This document shows positions 32,046-34,992 of a stretch of 34,992 nt of DNA, piece after piece (position 1 is the stretch's first letter; every line of letters begins with the position of its first letter). The notes under the pieces are model-generated. The model was not told the DNA's origin and did not search any database. It saw nothing but the letters and a program-made list of their open reading frames with translations. Source of the DNA: Fibrobacter sp. (GTDB lineage Bacteria > Krumholzibacteriota > Krumholzibacteriia > LZORAL124-64-63); contig DYDD01000004.1 of NCBI GenBank assembly GCA_020718045.1, positions 765 through 35,756 on the forward strand, given 5' to 3'. The translations under genes and the position numbers were made by a program.

Positions 32046-32132
32046 AGGCAAAGTGAAGTGAACGATGTCATATTGCGAACAATCTTCATTTTTGACAATA
32101 AATGCCAAAATCGACATTTTGGAGTTGAGATG

Positions 32133-32159
32133 AAAAACCGGCCCCCTCGCGGGGGCCGG
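32133..32159 (-). terminator. Rho-independent terminator after the giant cytochrome
   Basis: - strand CCGGCCCCC-GCGA-GGGGGCCGG-TTTTT (GNRA loop). Confidence 0.88.
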
Positions 32160-32203
32160 CCTGTTAAAATAGTATCCGGATTGTCGGTCTCTGGTCCCGA
32201 CGA

Positions 32204-34992
32204 TCAGCGCTTCTCGCGGATCTTCTCGGTGTGACATCCGATGCACAGCTTCCCGCCGGCATCCTCCCGGAGGACCTTTTCGAACTCAGAGCCGTGAGGG
32301 TCGTGGCAACTGGAGCAGACGATCTCGCCGCCATGGACCGGATCCGTCGTGCCGGCGCCCAGAGGGTGGTCGGTGTGCTCCTGCCAGGTGTGGCAGCGCA
32401 GACAGGGGTCGGGACCGGCGGGTGCCGACCCGGGAGCGCCTACGGCGGCATGGGGGTTGTGGCACATCGTGCACTGACGGCCCTCGGGATCGGGGTGCCG
32501 GTGGCTCGACGACTTCATGCGCTCGGCCTGCTCGGCGTGGCAGCGTCCGCAGACGGCGACCTGGCTGCGGGGCAGCAGGTTGGACACCGGCGAGGCGTGG
32601 GGAGTGTGGCACTCCAGGCAGGCCCGCTCGCCCGCAAGCGGGGCGTGGAGGGTCGCGCCCTTGAGTTCCTCGGCCAGACCGGGATGGCAGGCCAGGCACA
32701 GGCGCTTTTCGGCTCCCGTCTGCACCTTGCCGCCGGCGTCGTGGCAAGCCTTGCAGTCGCGCTTGGCGTACGGCTGGTGGACGTGCCCGTGCGTCAAACC
32801 GGCGTGCGTGCTGGCGTGCGGATCGTGGCAGGCCATGCAGTCGGCCGTCCCGAGATCGAAGTTCAAGTGCGGTTTGGCCAGCGCGGCGCCCGCGAGGTCG
32901 TGGCAGGTCGCGCAGAGGGCGGGCACCGCCTTGGACAGGAGATCCGCTTGGTCCGTGCCGTGGGCGTCGTGGCAGGTGGCGCACTTCCCGTCGGCGAACG
33001 GTTGGTGCCGCCTCGGCAGCGACTGGGCCGTTTGCAGGTCCTGGTGACAGGTCCAACAGAGAGCCGTGCGCGCCGTGCGCAGCAGGGCGGGCTGGTCCGA
33101 GCCGTGGGGATCGTGGCATGCGGCGCAGTCGCCGTCGCGGGCGGGCCGGTGGGCCAGATCCGCCCGGGGGAACAGCGTGCCGCCGCCGTGGCAGACCGCG
33201 CAGGCGGCGCCGACGCCGCCGGCTTTCAACAAGTGCTCGCCGCGGGCGGCGTGGGCGTCGTGGCAGGCGCTGCACTCGCCGTCGTCGAAGGGGGCGTGGG
33301 GGTGTTTGCGCGTCGCCGTCAGCCCGTCGTGGCAGCCGGCGCACAGCGCCTTCTGGTCGGCGATGGGCGCGGGGCCGTCGTGGCAGGTCGCGCAGTCACG
33401 GTCGTCGAAGGGCGGGTGCGAATTCGGCCGGATCAGCGCCGCCTGCGTCGAGTGGTGCGGCGCGTGGCAGCCGGTGCAGTCCAGCCCGAGGAGGTCGCGC
33501 CCGAGGTGGGCGCCCTTCAGGGCGTCGTCGTTCTCGTCGTGGCAGCGGAAGCAGAGCTCGGTCGCCGGCGCCGCCAGTAGCGAGGGCTGCGCGCCGCCGT
33601 GCGGGAGGTGGCAGGTCGTGCAGTCGTCCTGGATCGGGGGATGGACCGACTTGGCCGCCGCGACGTCGACGATGTCGTTGTGGCAGATCGTGCAGAGCAG
33701 GGGCTCCGGTGCGGAGAGCAGGTCGCCGCGAGCCGCGCGGTGGGCGTCGTGACAGGCCGTGCAGTTGCCGGCGGCGACCGGCGCGTGCGCGTGGCCGCCG
33801 GCGCCCGGGCCGGTGTCGTGGCAGACCAGGCAGATCTCCGCAGCCGGGCGGCGCAGCATGGCGACCTCGTCGCCGCCGTGGGGGCGGTGACAGTCGCCGC
33901 AGAGGCCGTCCGCGACGGGCGGGTGCAGGCTGCCCCCCTCGGGGCGGACGGCCTGGTCGGCGTGGCAGGCCAGGCAAGTCGCCGCGGGCGTCGTCTTCAA
34001 CAGCGATGGCTGATCGGCGCGGTGCGGCACGTGGCAGGCCAGGCAGTCGCCGCGCGCCGCCACATCGTGGGGATGGGAGGTGACGAGCTCGACCTTGACC
34101 TTGAGGTGGCAACCGAGGCAGAGGGTCCCGGCCTTGGCGGTCAGCAGGCCCGGTTCGGTCGAGCTGTGCGGGTCGTGGCAGGCGGAACAGTCCCTCTTGA
34201 CGAAGGGCGTGTGGTCCGAAACGGCGGCGGCCGCACCGTCGTCGATCTCGCTGTGGCAACCGAGGCACAGTTCTCCGGGCTGTGCGGTCAGCAGCGCGGC
34301 CCGTTCGCCGCCGTGGGCGTCGTGGCAGGCGGCGCAGTCGCCCCCGGCGACCGGTGCGTGGACCACGTTGCGGCGGAACGGATCGTCCCCGTGGCACCCG
34401 AAACAGAGTCGGCGCAGTTCGGTCCTGATCATCCCGGAGTGCGCGCTGCCATGGGCGGCGTGGCAGTCCAGGCAGGAGCCGTCGGCGACGGGGGCGTGGG
34501 GCGTCGCGGCGCCGGCGCCGGGCTGGTCGTGGCAGGACAGGCACAGGTCGTTACCCTGGGCGACCAGCGCGGTGCGGCCGTCGGCGTCTTTCACGTGGCA
34601 GGCGGCGCAGTCGCGGTCCCGGACGGGCGCGTGCTGCACGGCCAGCAGGAGCTTCGACGCGTCGGCGCTGTGGGGGTCGTGGCAGGACGTGCAGCCGACG
34701 GTCGCGTCCGCGTCGCCGTGCGCCTGCGCGAGCTTGCGGACATCGCGGTGGCAGGACAGGCAGAGGGCGTCGACGGCGACGTCCAGCAGATGCGGCTCGG
34801 CGCTGCCGTGGGGCCGGTGGCAGGCGGCGCAGCCCTGCTTCTTCAGCGGGGCGTGGACGAACGCGCGCGAGAAAGCGGCGCTGTCGTGGCAGGTCAGGCA
34901 GGACGCGTCGCCCTTCGCGGGCAGCAGGTCCGGCTGTCCGCTGCCGTGGGGGTCGTGGCAGGCGACGCAGCCGCCGTCCCGCACCGGCGGGT
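32204..34992 (-). CDS. Giant multiheme cytochrome c with doubled-CXXCH repeats (5'-truncated, at least 39 hemes)
   Basis: 39 CxxCH motifs counted in 926 aa; repeating H.P....CxxCH.PH.S....LL......LCxxCH unit; frame open to the window edge. Confidence 0.95.
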   Translation of the reverse strand, partial: PPVRDGGCVACHDPHGSGQPDLLPAKGDASCLTCHDSAAFSRAFVHAPLKKQGCAACHRPHGSAEPHLLDVAVDALCLSCHRDVRKLAQAHGDADATVGCTSCHDPHSADASKLLLAVQHAPVRDRDCAACHVKDADGRTALVAQGNDLCLSCHDQPGAGAATPHAPVADGSCLDCHAAHGSAHSGMIRTELRRLCFGCHGDDPFRRNVVHAPVAGGDCAACHDAHGGERAALLTAQPGELCLGCHSEIDDGAAAAVSDHTPFVKRDCSACHDPHSSTEPGLLTAKAGTLCLGCHLKVKVELVTSHPHDVAARGDCLACHVPHRADQPSLLKTTPAATCLACHADQAVRPEGGSLHPPVADGLCGDCHRPHGGDEVAMLRRPAAEICLVCHDTGPGAGGHAHAPVAAGNCTACHDAHRAARGDLLSAPEPLLCTICHNDIVDVAAAKSVHPPIQDDCTTCHLPHGGAQPSLLAAPATELCFRCHDENDDALKGAHLGRDLLGLDCTGCHAPHHSTQAALIRPNSHPPFDDRDCATCHDGPAPIADQKALCAGCHDGLTATRKHPHAPFDDGECSACHDAHAARGEHLLKAGGVGAACAVCHGGGTLFPRADLAHRPARDGDCAACHDPHGSDQPALLRTARTALCWTCHQDLQTAQSLPRRHQPFADGKCATCHDAHGTDQADLLSKAVPALCATCHDLAGAALAKPHLNFDLGTADCMACHDPHASTHAGLTHGHVHQPYAKRDCKACHDAGGKVQTGAEKRLCLACHPGLAEELKGATLHAPLAGERACLECHTPHASPVSNLLPRSQVAVCGRCHAEQAERMKSSSHRHPDPEGRQCTMCHNPHAAVGAPGSAPAGPDPCLRCHTWQEHTDHPLGAGTTDPVHGGEIVCSSCHDPHGSEFEKVLREDAGGKLCIGCHTEKIREKR

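Noticed and set aside
32093-32108. Sigma54 promoter (TTGGCAT on the - strand)
   Set aside because: The -12 element reads TTGTC; the conserved GC is missing
30814-32130. Cyclic-dinucleotide (GEMM-I) riboswitch like that upstream of Geobacter omcS
   Set aside because: No GCAAA/GAAA tetraloop-receptor pattern seen in either leader; an Rfam scan would be decisive

Overview
Very GC-rich bacterial chromosomal window. Left two-thirds: mostly ordinary + strand envelope and housekeeping genes (DsbD-N lipoprotein, DUF432-MscS, GT-C/TPR membrane protein, OM beta-barrel, HD protein, sulfatase-like enzyme, ferredoxin, DegQ, receiver-SLC13 fusion, ppk2, sigma54 activator, MacAB-like efflux operon). Next come a 233-bp MITE-like element with a 9-bp target duplication and two lower-GC orphan genes. 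The right third (- strand) is the highlight. It holds a giant doubled-CXXCH cytochrome (at least 39 hemes, cut by the window edge), an NHL beta-propeller gene and a clear hexaheme OmcS-type nanowire cytochrome homologue that keeps the His16-equivalent inter-subunit ligand. These are followed directly by a heme biosynthesis operon (hemE-hemN-hemH-hemY/G-ccsA/hemX-hemA-DUF4126). A near-identical 17-bp motif upstream of both the propeller/omcS unit and the hem operon suggests co-regulation. All product calls come from motif recognition by eye; no database searches were run.
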